From positions 103,726-167,725 of the forward strand of contig CAZXPC010000001.1 in the NCBI GenBank assembly GCA_964643135.1: DNA of 64,000 bases, written 5' to 3'. Shown here one piece after another: positions 37,846 to 47,640 of this stretch. The DNA comes from an uncultured Candidatus Saccharibacteria bacterium (GTDB lineage: Bacteria; Patescibacteriota; Minisyncoccia; UBA6257; Colwellbacteraceae). The notes under the pieces are model-generated. The model was not told the origin of the DNA and did no database searches. It saw only the letters and a list, made by a program, of their open reading frames with translations. Both the position numbers and the translations under genes were made by a program. How positions within the stretch are numbered: the stretch's first letter is position 1; every line of letters starts with the position of its first letter.

Positions 37846-39642
37846 ATGAAAAGTCTTAAGTGGGATCTTGACGACATATTGCCAGTCGGTAAATTCGACC
37901 ACCTTTACCAAGAAACGGCTTTGGCGATAGGGCGGATCGATGAACTATTAAAGAAGCTCAGCCCGGATATGCCGGAGGCCGAGTTTGCAGAAATAATTAA
38001 CTTTGAAGAAAATCTGACAAGCAAATTGATGCGGCTCTATGAGCTGCCGAGCTTGATGGAATCGGTTGATGAGAAATCAGAAAAAGCTAAATTCCTAAAA
38101 AATCGCGCCAAAGACCTTTACCTCCAATTCATTGATAAAAAGCGCCCCCTCGAGCACTGGATCAAAGGGAAAGAAGTCTCCGGTTTCAAAAAACTGGATG
38201 ATGCGAATGCCCAACGTCTTTTCGCGGCTCTCCCCGACCTCGCATATGTACTGGGCTATGAAAGAGAAGCGGCCAAGCATACTTTAACCGAACGCGAAGA
38301 AAAAATAATGACCGAAAAATCCGCGAACGGCGAAGACGTGCTGATCGATCTCCGCGAACTGCTGGAAACTGAGTTGTCTTTTTCGTTTAAACCTTACAAA
38401 AATAAGCCCGCCCGGATCATAAAACGGCCGGAATTGATGTCGCATGTTTCAAGTAAAATTCCAGCGTTTAGAAAAGCGGCTTACGAAGCGCTTTTCTCTA
38501 AATACAAAGATAACTTGGATAAATTCTTCATGATTTATCAGGGCGTGGTTAAAAATTGGGTTAATGAAGCCAAGCTCAGGGGCTTTAAATCCCCGATTGC
38601 GATGCGTAATTTTGCCAATCACATTCCTGACCGGGCAATCGAGGCGCTGCTAGATGTGTCCGCCAAGAATGCCGATGTTTTTCAGAGATACTTTAAATGG
38701 AAAGGCAGGGAGTTAGCTTTGGAGCTTGGTCAAAAAAGGAAGACGGTGAAACTTTCGAGATTCGATCTTTATGCACCGATACACAAAACTGACCGGAAAA
38801 TTACCCTGCCGGAAGCTATTAAGCTTGTTCTTAATACATTTCAGGAATTTTCTCCCAAGTTTGCCGGCTTAGCTAAGCAAATCATCGACGAAAAGCATGT
38901 CGACTCAAACCCCGGACCGACCAAACGAGACGGCGCTTTTTGCGCTACGGTCGGACCTGAGATCACCCCCTATGTTCTTTTGAATTACACCGGCCGAAGC
39001 CGCGATGTTTCAACCTTAGCGCACGAATTGGGCCATGGCGTTCATTCTTTGTATGCAAATTCGCATTCAATCAGTTCCCAGCACGCCAATTTGCCGCTCT
39101 CTGAAACAGCTTCGACGCTGGGCGAGCTGATCTTGTTTGAAAAAATGCTCGCGCGAGAAAAAAATCCTAAAATCAGGAAGGGTATGCTTTCGGACAAAAT
39201 CAGCGAGGCATATGCGACCATTCTCCGCCAAAATTATTTTGTGAGGTTCGAAATCAAAGCTCACGATGAGATTACGAAAGGAATATCGTCGGAAGATCTA
39301 TCGAATCTTTGGCTGGATACTTTGAAAGAACAATTCGGTGATTCGGTTAAAGTTGATCCGGTATTCAAATATGAATGGGCTAATATCCCCCATATTGTGA
39401 GCACGCCGTTTTATTGCTACGCCTATAATTTCGGCGAGCTTTTGTCGCTGGCCCTTTTTAAAAAGTATAAAGTTGAGGGCGCCTTATTCGCGAAGAAGAT
39501 TGAAAAACTCTTAGCCTACGGCGGATCAAAGAACCCGGTTGACGCGCTCCAAGAGATCGGCGTAGATATTTCCTCGCCGGATTTTTGGCAAGACAGTTTT
39601 GAGACTATCAAAAAGTGGCAGGAAGAATTGGAGAAGTTATAG
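37846..39642 (+). CDS. M3B oligoendopeptidase (PepF-like)
   Basis: WDLDDI, KRDGAF, HELGHGVH, ETAST, PFYCYAY. Confidence 0.92.
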   Translation: MKSLKWDLDDILPVGKFDHLYQETALAIGRIDELLKKLSPDMPEAEFAEIINFEENLTSKLMRLYELPSLMESVDEKSEKAKFLKNRAKDLYLQFIDKKRPLEHWIKGKEVSGFKKLDDANAQRLFAALPDLAYVLGYEREAAKHTLTEREEKIMTEKSANGEDVLIDLRELLETELSFSFKPYKNKPARIIKRPELMSHVSSKIPAFRKAAYEALFSKYKDNLDKFFMIYQGVVKNWVNEAKLRGFKSPIAMRNFANHIPDRAIEALLDVSAKNADVFQRYFKWKGRELALELGQKRKTVKLSRFDLYAPIHKTDRKITLPEAIKLVLNTFQEFSPKFAGLAKQIIDEKHVDSNPGPTKRDGAFCATVGPEITPYVLLNYTGRSRDVSTLAHELGHGVHSLYANSHSISSQHANLPLSETASTLGELILFEKMLAREKNPKIRKGMLSDKISEAYATILRQNYFVRFEIKAHDEITKGISSEDLSNLWLDTLKEQFGDSVKVDPVFKYEWANIPHIVSTPFYCYAYNFGELLSLALFKKYKVEGALFAKKIEKLLAYGGSKNPVDALQEIGVDISSPDFWQDSFETIKKWQEELEKL

Positions 39643-39652
39643 CCGATGACGT

Positions 39653-40702
39653 TTAGTATATTCGGTCTAAGAAGAACAAAACGAGGCCGAGGCCGGAGCC
39701 TACGATTGAAATAATCCAAAAACGCATAGTGACTTGGGACTCGGGCCAACCGATCGCTTCGAAGTGATGATGGAGCGGAGTTGAGAGGAATATTTTCCTC
39801 TTGAAGAGCTTTTTGCTGGTGAGCTGAAGAAGAACCGAGATTGATTCAATAACGGGAACGGCGAAAAAGAAAGGCAGCAGGAAGACCGTGTCGGTTAACA
39901 TGGCCATTACTCCCAACACCATGCCGAGCGCCATTGAACCGGTATCGCCCATAAAGAATTTAGCCGGGTGGACGTTGAACCAGAGAAAAGCTAAGAGACA
40001 GCCGACGATAGCTCCGCTCATAACCGATAAGTTGTATTTTTGGAGAACAAAAGCGATCACGGTATAAGAAACAAAAGAGAAGAGGGATACTCCGCCCAAA
40101 AGACCGTCCAGACCATCTGTCTCATTAGCCGAGAAAGTGGCCGCAATAATAATAAAGGCGAAAATCGGAAAATAGAGCCAGCCGAAATCAATCGCGCCGA
40201 AAAAAGGAATGCTGATCGTCGTTTTCTGAAGAATAAAGTAAAACCACCATGCCCCCAAAAGCCCCAAAATAGTGTAAGCCACCAGCTTGTGTTTTATCTT
40301 GAGCCCTCCGCCAAAAGGACCGATCCGAAAAACGCCGAGCAAGTCGTCAAAGAGGCCCAAAACGGCGGCAATGCCCAGGGCCGCGAGCGGAATATACGTT
40401 TGCGAACGGCTTATAAAGTTTAAGAAATGCAGCGACCCGGCCGATAAATAATCCGCCAGAGCAAAGACTACGGCAAAAACCAGCACGGTGCCCCAGATAA
40501 TGATGCCTCCCATAGTCGGAGTCCCCTCCTTCTTCTTGTGGAGAGCCGAAAAAACCGGTGTCGATCCGTCTTCGCGGATTTGCTTGCCGAAATTGAGGCG
40601 CTTCAAGGCCCTGATAAGCGGCGAAGTCATGATCATGGCTACCGCAAAAGCTGCGATTGTAAATCCGAGTACTCTAATCGCTTCTCCTACTTGTGATTCC
40701 AT
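39653..40702 (-). CDS. mraY: Phospho-MurNAc-pentapeptide transferase
   Basis: KEGTPTMGG, TDGLDGL, FMGDTGS, PLHHHFE. Confidence 0.97.
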   Translation of the reverse strand: MESQVGEAIRVLGFTIAAFAVAMIMTSPLIRALKRLNFGKQIREDGSTPVFSALHKKKEGTPTMGGIIIWGTVLVFAVVFALADYLSAGSLHFLNFISRSQTYIPLAALGIAAVLGLFDDLLGVFRIGPFGGGLKIKHKLVAYTILGLLGAWWFYFILQKTTISIPFFGAIDFGWLYFPIFAFIIIAATFSANETDGLDGLLGGVSLFSFVSYTVIAFVLQKYNLSVMSGAIVGCLLAFLWFNVHPAKFFMGDTGSMALGMVLGVMAMLTDTVFLLPFFFAVPVIESISVLLQLTSKKLFKRKIFLSTPLHHHFEAIGWPESQVTMRFWIISIVGSGLGLVLFFLDRIY

Positions 40703-41601
40703 GAGTTGAGAATATTGTTGGTTTCGTTAAATCGGTCGGCCGTACCTAGTAGAATTATAACTTTATTCGGAGTTTTGCCGGCGCCGATAAAAATGGAGAT
40801 TAGGTTGCCGATGGCTTCGGGCGTAGTGCCGGTTTTGCCGCCTAAGAAATCGCTGCGGCCGGCGAACTGGTTGATATTACTTAACGTTCTCCGCTTGCCG
40901 CTCTTATAATTATAAACCGTATCCGTTTTTTCGCGCGTAAATTTGAATAAGTCCGGTTTATTGTTAAATATGTAGGTCACAAGTTTGTCTAGATCCTCGA
41001 CGGTCGATTGGTTCTGATATGATAAACCAGTCGGGTCGGCAAAATAAGTATTGCGCATGCCGATCTTATAGGCGTAGCTATTCATGGTGTCGACGAATCT
41101 TTGCCGGCCGTAATAATCGGCGATCGCATCGCCGGCGACATTACTGGAAACGATCAAGAGCGCTTTTTCTAAGTCTCGCTCGGAATACGTTTCGCCAACC
41201 GAGAAGTTACCCGCGAAACCCTCAACTTCCGGGTCAATTTGTTTAATCTCGATTTTGTCATTCGGTAAGGTTACGTCGCGGGCGACCAAAGCAGTCATAA
41301 GCTTAGTAAGCGATGCGATTGGCCAGCGGCGGTTCTCGCTCGAGGATTCCAGCTTGGCCCCGCCGGTTGTATAAACGCCGTAAGCCGCGGCGGTAGTCTG
41401 GGGCTCGTCGCTCGCTGAGGCCAAAGAGACGACGCTGCCGTTTGATCTCGCTATCGAAGTTTGGTTAAATTGCGCTGTTTGATTTGTCAGGCTGCTCGAA
41501 ATTCCGGCTACAGATTGCCTCCCGAATTCTTTAGTCAGAAATACTCCGCCTAAAATGATGGCCAAAGACAATAATGCTAATTTTCTTGAGAGCTCGAACA
41601 T
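40687..41601 (-). CDS. D-Ala-D-Ala carboxypeptidase (S11)
   Basis: ASLTKLMT, SSN, GKTG. Confidence 0.9.
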   Translation of the reverse strand: MFELSRKLALLSLAIILGGVFLTKEFGRQSVAGISSSLTNQTAQFNQTSIARSNGSVVSLASASDEPQTTAAAYGVYTTGGAKLESSSENRRWPIASLTKLMTALVARDVTLPNDKIEIKQIDPEVEGFAGNFSVGETYSERDLEKALLIVSSNVAGDAIADYYGRQRFVDTMNSYAYKIGMRNTYFADPTGLSYQNQSTVEDLDKLVTYIFNNKPDLFKFTREKTDTVYNYKSGKRRTLSNINQFAGRSDFLGGKTGTTPEAIGNLISIFIGAGKTPNKVIILLGTADRFNETNNILNSWNHK

Positions 41602-42167
41602 TAGTTTTTGATTATTTTTTCTTCAACAACGGGTTCTGAGAATTTCTTGATCAAACCGTTGAACTTTAGGAAATCAGGAAGTTCGCTCTGAGAATTTAAA
41701 CCTAAATATTTCCAAAAATCAAACGTAACTGTGTAAAGAGCGCTGCCCGATTTATCTTTTTCATTTTCTTTTTGGATTAAACCCCGCACTAAAAGGTTCC
41801 GGAGGATAAAGCTTGAGTTAACGCCGCGGATATAATCAATTTGCGCTCTTGGAACCGGCGCCAAATACGCGATGATGGCCAGGGTTTCCAGGCTGGCCGG
41901 CGAGAGGTCAGAATCAAGTTCTTCTTTTACCACCTTTCTAACTGCCTCCTGAAGCTCCGGCTTGGTCGTAAGAGTCGCTTTATCTTCCAAGATCATTAAA
42001 TTCAAGCCGCGATTGGCCGCTTTTAGATCCTCCGCCAATACTAAGAGGCTTTCGCGGACTTTTTTCTCATCAACTTCGAGTATCTCAGCCAACTTTTTGA
42101 TTTTAACCGGTTCGCCGTAAATAAATAATATGGCTTCCAGGCTGGCGGTTAGATTTGTTTCACTCAT
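41601..42167 (-). CDS. scpB: Segregation/condensation protein B
   Basis: LEAILF, SLETLAIIAY, IRGVNS. Confidence 0.95.
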   Translation of the reverse strand: MSETNLTASLEAILFIYGEPVKIKKLAEILEVDEKKVRESLLVLAEDLKAANRGLNLMILEDKATLTTKPELQEAVRKVVKEELDSDLSPASLETLAIIAYLAPVPRAQIDYIRGVNSSFILRNLLVRGLIQKENEKDKSGSALYTVTFDFWKYLGLNSQSELPDFLKFNGLIKKFSEPVVEEKIIKN

Positions 42168-42177
42168 TGGTCAATAT

Positions 42178-42876
42178 TTAAACTTTAGCGATCTTAATAT
42201 CTTTGAAATCCTCTGTTTGATCAACTTTGATTAAACTATCCTTCAGAAGATGCAAAATTGCAAGGAAGATGACTACTATCTCCGTCCGGTCTTTGCCCCG
42301 GGCGACCTCAGAAAAGTTTGTCGAAGCCATTTGAGTCACTCTTCGGAGCAACTCTTTCATTTTTTCTTCAAAATTTATCAGCGTAACTTTGCCGGTTTCC
42401 ATCTTAGGGAAAATAACGGTTAGTTCATTCGCCAGATTTTCGACGATCGTCTTCAGATCATCAGCCGAGAGAGCCTGGCTAAAGAAAAAGCCTTTTTCCG
42501 CTTGCAGGAAAAAATCACGGCTATAGGAAACTTTCTTAGCCCAGAGATTCTTTATATTTTTCTCAGCCTGTTTAAATTCTTTGTATAAACGCAGCCGATC
42601 TTCAAGATCTTTAATTTCTTCCTGCTCTTCATTCGAGAGCTCGAGATTGGGCAGAAGCGTGTGCGATTTAATAAGAATAAGTTTCGAGGCGACTGATACA
42701 AAATCGGCCAGAACCTTAGGATGAACGTTGGTAAGAGTATTTAAATAATTTAAAAAATCAGCCGTTACCTCGGCGAGATTAACTTTGGTGATCTCCAGGT
42801 CTTTGCCCTCGATTAACTCCAGGAGCTTATCGAGCGGGCCGGAAAACTCGGCGGTTTTCAGTTCATAGGCGTTCAT
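42178..42876 (-). CDS. scpA: Segregation/condensation protein A
   Basis: FSGPLDKLLELI, IKSHTLLP, FLAILHL. Confidence 0.95.
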   Translation of the reverse strand: MNAYELKTAEFSGPLDKLLELIEGKDLEITKVNLAEVTADFLNYLNTLTNVHPKVLADFVSVASKLILIKSHTLLPNLELSNEEQEEIKDLEDRLRLYKEFKQAEKNIKNLWAKKVSYSRDFFLQAEKGFFFSQALSADDLKTIVENLANELTVIFPKMETGKVTLINFEEKMKELLRRVTQMASTNFSEVARGKDRTEIVVIFLAILHLLKDSLIKVDQTEDFKDIKIAKV

Positions 42877-42884
42877 CGGGCTCT

Positions 42885-44228
42885 TTAATTGCCTTCGGCT
42901 TGAAGCGAAGCTTTGATGTAATTATTCCGCGGGTCCCACAACATCCAACCGTTATATATCTTATTTATTTCAGCTTGGCTGAGCGATTCGCAGGTTTTAG
43001 TAGTGGTGGTTTTCTTAGTCTTCGGGTCGGTTGTCGCGCCATAAACATACTTGCAAAGGGAATCAGTTGTAGCCGTGATTTGAGCCTTTATTTTGGCGGC
43101 ATCATAAGTTGCCCCTAGGTCGAAACTTTGGAGCCACGGCCGGAGCTTGGCACTAATCGGCAATTTATCACTAATAGCTGATGAGGAACTCGCCTGGCCG
43201 GCATCTGCTAATGTTATTTGTTTTTGGTTATAAGTTATCAGTCTATTATAGGCGCTCTCCATCGAAGCTTGGATGATTTCATATGGGTATTGCGCCGGAT
43301 TTTTGTAGCCGAAAAGCCCGGGCCCGAAATGCGACGGGTAAACCATCGGGGCGACATAATCAAAATTTTCGAAGGCATATTCAATAACTTGCCCAATGCC
43401 CATATCGTCGGTATTGACCGTCGTGAGTCCGAAAACATCGGCCGAAATCTTCGTATTCGACATATTGGCATGCAAATATTGGAAGAAACTCCTGATAACG
43501 TCACTCTTTTTCTCTTTAGTTAAATCAGTGTGCGGATATTGCATGAGGCTCAGGTTGCCGTCAGATGGGAAGCGCAGATAATCGAAATTGATTTCGTCGA
43601 ATCCCCTTGCCGTTGCGTCTTGCGCAATTGAGACAATGTATTTCCACGCATCTTGGCTACCCGGATCAATCCAAGCTAATCCGCTCTTGTCGGTCCAGGT
43701 TTTACCGGTGGCGCTATTTTTAATCGCCAAATCCGGCCGCGCTTTGGCTAAAATCGGGTCTTGAAAATCAGTGACGCGGCCGATCACATAAATGTTGTTG
43801 TCGTGAAGTTTCTTGATGAGTGCATTTATTTTAGGAATGCGAACTTGCCGCGCGCCGGCCTTAACAACTTCGGGAAGCTTGATGTCATAAGTAACTGTGC
43901 CTGAAAAATCTTTGAGGTCAATTACAATCGCATTAAGCTCGGTCGTTTTGATCAGATTAATCAAATAATCCATCTTGGCGGAGCTTCCAGCCGACCAAGA
44001 AGTCGCATAAACCGCTTTTATAAGCTTGGGCGGATTAGCTAGATGCGGTTGGTTGGGCAAATCTGTCTTAGGGTCGATAATTTCTGTGGGCGTCACAGCC
44101 GGGCTTGGGCTCGTCTCCCCGATGCTCGCAACTTCAGGGGTTAAATTGACCTCGTTGTGTCTCGAAAAGGCAAAGATTCCGGCACCCAAAACCAGCACAG
44201 CAATTGTCGGCAGGACAAATCTTCTCAT
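42885..44228 (-). CDS. Putative glycoside hydrolase (DUF4015-like), membrane-anchored
   Basis: NAIVIDLKD, GFDEINFDYLRFP, PMVYPSH, RPWLQSF. Confidence 0.8.
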   Translation of the reverse strand: MRRFVLPTIAVLVLGAGIFAFSRHNEVNLTPEVASIGETSPSPAVTPTEIIDPKTDLPNQPHLANPPKLIKAVYATSWSAGSSAKMDYLINLIKTTELNAIVIDLKDFSGTVTYDIKLPEVVKAGARQVRIPKINALIKKLHDNNIYVIGRVTDFQDPILAKARPDLAIKNSATGKTWTDKSGLAWIDPGSQDAWKYIVSIAQDATARGFDEINFDYLRFPSDGNLSLMQYPHTDLTKEKKSDVIRSFFQYLHANMSNTKISADVFGLTTVNTDDMGIGQVIEYAFENFDYVAPMVYPSHFGPGLFGYKNPAQYPYEIIQASMESAYNRLITYNQKQITLADAGQASSSSAISDKLPISAKLRPWLQSFDLGATYDAAKIKAQITATTDSLCKYVYGATTDPKTKKTTTTKTCESLSQAEINKIYNGWMLWDPRNNYIKASLQAEGN

Positions 44229-44300
44229 TGATTTTATATTACGCTTTTAAACTTATGAAAGCAATGGAAATCGAGGAATACTAGGTGTATAATCCTGTTG

Positions 44301-45407
44301 ATGTCACTCGCCATATACCGGAAATATCGGCCGCAGTCATTTGAGGATTTGATCGGCCAGGAAACGGCCGTTGAGGTGTTAAGAAATGCGGCAATTAAAG
44401 ATAAAATCAGCCATGCTTATTTGTTCTACGGCCCGCGGGGAACGGGCAAAACTACAGCCGCGCGCTTGCTTGCCAAAATCGCTAACTGCGAAACCCGCCG
44501 CGACGACCCCAAGTTCAAAGCTAAGGGCGAACCCTGCAACGAATGCCGGCCCTGCAAAGAAATCGAGGAAGGCCGCGCGCTCGACGTTGTTGAAATAGAC
44601 GCGGCTTCCAACCGCGGAATTGATGAAATTCGAAACATTAAAGAAGGCATTCGCCTCTCCCCCAGTTCTTATACTTATAAGGTCTATATTATCGACGAGG
44701 CTCATCAGCTAACCAAAGCCGCCGCTGACGCGCTTTTAAAAACCTTGGAAGAACCGCCGGCTCATGCGATCTTCATTCTCGCTACGACCGAATATGAAAA
44801 AATCCAGCCAACTATAACTTCACGAACTCAACGAATTCACTTTAAGCGCTTGGCCATTTCAAAAGTTGTTGAGAAACTAAAGAAAATAGCTGCCTCCGAA
44901 AAGAAAGTAAAAATTTCTGACGACGCGCTTGACCTCATCGCCGTTACTTCCGAAGGCAGTTTACGCGACGCCGAATCGTTATTAGACCAAGTGATCTCGC
45001 TTGGTGATAATCTAGAGCTCGAAAGAATCGAAAATATTTTAGGCAAAGTTGGCTTTGTCCGCACTTCTTCGCTTGTTAGCCGCCTTATTGCCAATGACAT
45101 CGCCGGCTCGCTCGAATATCTGGCCGAGATTCAAGAGGCCGGGTTTAATATTATCGACCTAACCAAAGACGTCATCCACTATCTCCGCCGAGTACTGGCG
45201 CTAAAGTTTGATCCAAAATTAGAAGAGATATTTAAAACCGAGCTGACCGAGAATGAAATTAAAGAATTAAAAAATCACGCCAAGCAAGCTGACGGCGATA
45301 AAACTATTGCACTCTTAAAAAATCTTATTCGCGCCTACAGCGAAATGCGCTACTCGCCTTTTGCCATCGTGCCGTTAGAGGTCGCGATTATAGAATCCCT
45401 AAAATAA
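44301..45407 (+). CDS. dnaX: DNA polymerase III gamma/tau
   Basis: YRKYRP, GPRGTGKT, EIDAASNRG, DEAH, LKTLEEP. Confidence 0.97.
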   Translation: MSLAIYRKYRPQSFEDLIGQETAVEVLRNAAIKDKISHAYLFYGPRGTGKTTAARLLAKIANCETRRDDPKFKAKGEPCNECRPCKEIEEGRALDVVEIDAASNRGIDEIRNIKEGIRLSPSSYTYKVYIIDEAHQLTKAAADALLKTLEEPPAHAIFILATTEYEKIQPTITSRTQRIHFKRLAISKVVEKLKKIAASEKKVKISDDALDLIAVTSEGSLRDAESLLDQVISLGDNLELERIENILGKVGFVRTSSLVSRLIANDIAGSLEYLAEIQEAGFNIIDLTKDVIHYLRRVLALKFDPKLEEIFKTELTENEIKELKNHAKQADGDKTIALLKNLIRAYSEMRYSPFAIVPLEVAIIESLK

Positions 45408-45540
45408 GCCAATCCTCGGCTTTGCCTCGGCAACAGGGTTGGCTTGCTTGTATAAGAGTCTCCAGAAGACTAATTGGGCAGACTTCAACCTCACTGCTCG
45501 TCTTCTCCGCGCTAATGCGCTCGAAGATCGATCTCAAGTA

Positions 45541-45570
45541 AAAAAGAAAGACGATCCCCGGAGGAATCGT
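45541..45570 (-). terminator. Terminator after the atypical tRNA
   Basis: Hairpin at 45551-45570 then CTTTCTTTTT on the minus strand. Confidence 0.7.
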
Positions 45571-45576
45571 CGTGAA

Positions 45577-45650
45577 TGCGGGTGTCTGGATTTGAACCAA
45601 AGAGCTACTCACTGCTAGAGAGACGCTCTAACCAACTGAGCTACACCCGC
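45577..45650 (-). tRNA. Atypical tRNA/tRNA-like element, apparent anticodon AGC
   Basis: Perfect acceptor (GCGGGTG/CACCCGC), D and T arms; anticodon stem has two U-U mismatches. Confidence 0.7.
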
Positions 45651-45785
45651 GTTATGTGATGGCTGGTTACCCGGCCATCGATGATTAGAGGGCCCGCGGA
45701 CGGAAACTGGATGGGGCGGCGAGGCCCGCGGTGCCCAGAAGGTACTCATCCCGACAGCTCTTGCGAACCACCAAGGAAGGTTTTT

Positions 45786-45814
45786 ATAATAATCCCACCT
45801 TTATTCTGTGTCAA
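45786..45814 (-). promoter_or_regulatory. sigma70 promoter for structured leader plus atypical tRNA
   Basis: TTGACA-N17-TATTAT. Confidence 0.7.
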
Positions 45815-45818
45815 CATC

Positions 45819-46107
45819 AAAAAAAGACAACTCCACGCCAGGAGTTGTATGAAATGTTGGCCTCGGCTGGTGTTACCCAATTATCGAAGAGAACGATGCG
45901 CGCGTGTTCTCTTAGTGTCGCTTTACCTTGCTACCGCTCCAGTTACCCGGATTGGGACAAAGCGAGGAACCTACATCCCAAGGACGGCCGCATACTGCTC
46001 TTTGCGAAAGAGTGGTCCCCACACAAGCTCTGGCGAGAACCGCGCGGTGATCCTTGGGGTATCCGATATTGACCGAGGCCGGAAGGAACGACTACTGACT
46101 TGCTTCT
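45819..46107 (-). ncRNA. Candidate unclassified structured RNA with own promoter and terminator
   Basis: TGATATACT at 46114-46122; closing stem GGCCTCGG/CCGAGGCC; several internal stems; terminator 45819-45848. Confidence 0.6.
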
Positions 46108-46136
46108 ATTTTTAGTATATCATATCGGCACAAACC

Positions 46137-46766
46137 ATGGACATAATTAAGAAACTCAGTTGGCGTTACGCGGTGCAGAAATTTGATCCGACTAAAAAAG
46201 TCTCGGACAAAGATTTTGATGTCTTGATTGAAGCTCTGCGCCTCTCGCCTTCTTCATTCGGCCTACAGCCGTGGAAATTTGTGGTCGTGAAAGATCCGGC
46301 TATCCGGCAGAAACTTCATGAGGCCGCCTACAATCAGTCGAAGGTGATCGACGCTTCGCACTTTATTGTTCTCTGTTCCATGGAAAATATCACGCCCGAG
46401 CTGGCCGACCGATACGTTGAATCGGTCGCTAAGGCTCGCAATGTGTCTATGGAGTCTCTCGCCGCGCTCTTAAAGAGCCGCCGCGGGTTCATAGAAGGGT
46501 CAACTAAAGAAGAACTGTCTACATGGGCCTCAAACCAAGTTTTTATCGCCTTGGGAGTGCTTTTAACCACGGCAGCGGCCATGAATATCGATGCCGGACC
46601 AATGGGCGGCTTTGATGACGAAAAATTTGATGAAATATTGGGCTTGAAAGAACTTGGCCTAAAATCCCGCGTTGCTTGCGCCATCGGCTACCGCGCGGCC
46701 GACGATCATGCGGCCAACCACCCAAAAGCCCGCTTTGATAAGCCAGAAGTTGTAATCGAAATCTAA
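46137..46766 (+). CDS. NAD(P)H nitroreductase (NfsB-like)
   Basis: WRYAVQKFD, SPSSFGLQPWKF, PMGGFD, IGYR. Confidence 0.92.
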   Translation: MDIIKKLSWRYAVQKFDPTKKVSDKDFDVLIEALRLSPSSFGLQPWKFVVVKDPAIRQKLHEAAYNQSKVIDASHFIVLCSMENITPELADRYVESVAKARNVSMESLAALLKSRRGFIEGSTKEELSTWASNQVFIALGVLLTTAAAMNIDAGPMGGFDDEKFDEILGLKELGLKSRVACAIGYRAADDHAANHPKARFDKPEVVIEI

Positions 46767-46816
46767 CTTCTTCTTTATCTTTTCTTCATCGAACATAAGT
46801 TACTCTTAATGTAACT

Positions 46817-47515
46817 ATGAAAAACGGTGCATACGATCAAAGTATTCGAGAAAGAGCCATTTTCCTAAGAAAGAACGGTTATACATATTCTGAAATTCTC
46901 CAGCGAATACCAATTGTTAAATCAACTCTATCTCTGTGGTTAAAAAATGTTGGCTTAAGTAAAAGCCAAAACCAAAGATTAACTAAAAAGAAACTTGAGG
47001 CGGCCAAACGCGGAGGATTAGCGCGTAGAAATCAACGCATAGAATTAACCAAGAGGATTCATCAAGAAGCACAAAAAGATATTGGAAAAATCACTCAGCG
47101 CGAATTATGGCTTATTGGAGTAATGCTCTATTGGGCCGAAGGGTCCAAAGAAAAAGAATACCGTCCTGGTTCTGGAGCAAACTTCACCAATTCCGATCCT
47201 AGAATGATTAAGATATTCTTAAAATGGCTGACTGAAATATGCATGATCGGGAAAGATCGAATATTTCTAGATATCTATATCCACATTGACAGGAGAAGTA
47301 AGTTAGAAAAAGTAATAGAATATTGGGCCGAAACCACAGGCTTCCCGAAAGATCACTTTACCAGAATCTATTTTAAAAAGGGCAACCGAAATACTAAAAG
47401 GAAGAATATCGGCAAAGTTTATTTCGGAGTTCTGAGAATCAATGTTAGAGCAAGTTCCTCATTAAATCGCAAAATTGCAGGCTGGACCGAGGGTGTGGTA
47501 AAGTATCTGTCGTAA
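46817..47515 (+). CDS. N-terminal HTH + LAGLIDADG-like domain protein
   Basis: LRKNGYTYSEI...KSTLSLWL HTH; GVMLYWAEGSK and FTNSDPRMI. Confidence 0.7.
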   Translation: MKNGAYDQSIRERAIFLRKNGYTYSEILQRIPIVKSTLSLWLKNVGLSKSQNQRLTKKKLEAAKRGGLARRNQRIELTKRIHQEAQKDIGKITQRELWLIGVMLYWAEGSKEKEYRPGSGANFTNSDPRMIKIFLKWLTEICMIGKDRIFLDIYIHIDRRSKLEKVIEYWAETTGFPKDHFTRIYFKKGNRNTKRKNIGKVYFGVLRINVRASSSLNRKIAGWTEGVVKYLS

Positions 47516-47516
47516 T

Positions 47517-47591
47517 TGCGGGGTGGTGCAATGGTAGTCACGCCGGACTTTGAATCCGGAAATTCTGGTTCGAGCCCAGACCCCGCAGCCA
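47517..47591 (+). tRNA. tRNA-Gln(UUG)
   Basis: Cloverleaf TGCGGGG/CCCCGCA, anticodon loop CTTTGAA, encoded CCA. Confidence 0.95.
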
Positions 47592-47640
47592 ACACGTGCT
47601 AGCTCTTGTGTCAAGACGAGCTCGAGCGCACGAGATATCC

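Noticed and set aside
45605-45625. Reading the atypical tRNA as a CUA amber suppressor
   Set aside because: That register pairs worse and breaks canonical spacing from the D arm; TAG also serves as a normal stop in this window.
46070-46092. AGGCCGGAAGGAAC resembling SRP RNA helix 8 near dnaX
   Set aside because: Lacks the CAGG/AGCA internal loop and lies on the strand opposite the inferred transcript.
45681-46115. Plus-strand ORFs of 144 and 113 aa
   Set aside because: No protein-like motifs; they overlie minus-strand promoters, a terminator and extensive RNA stems.
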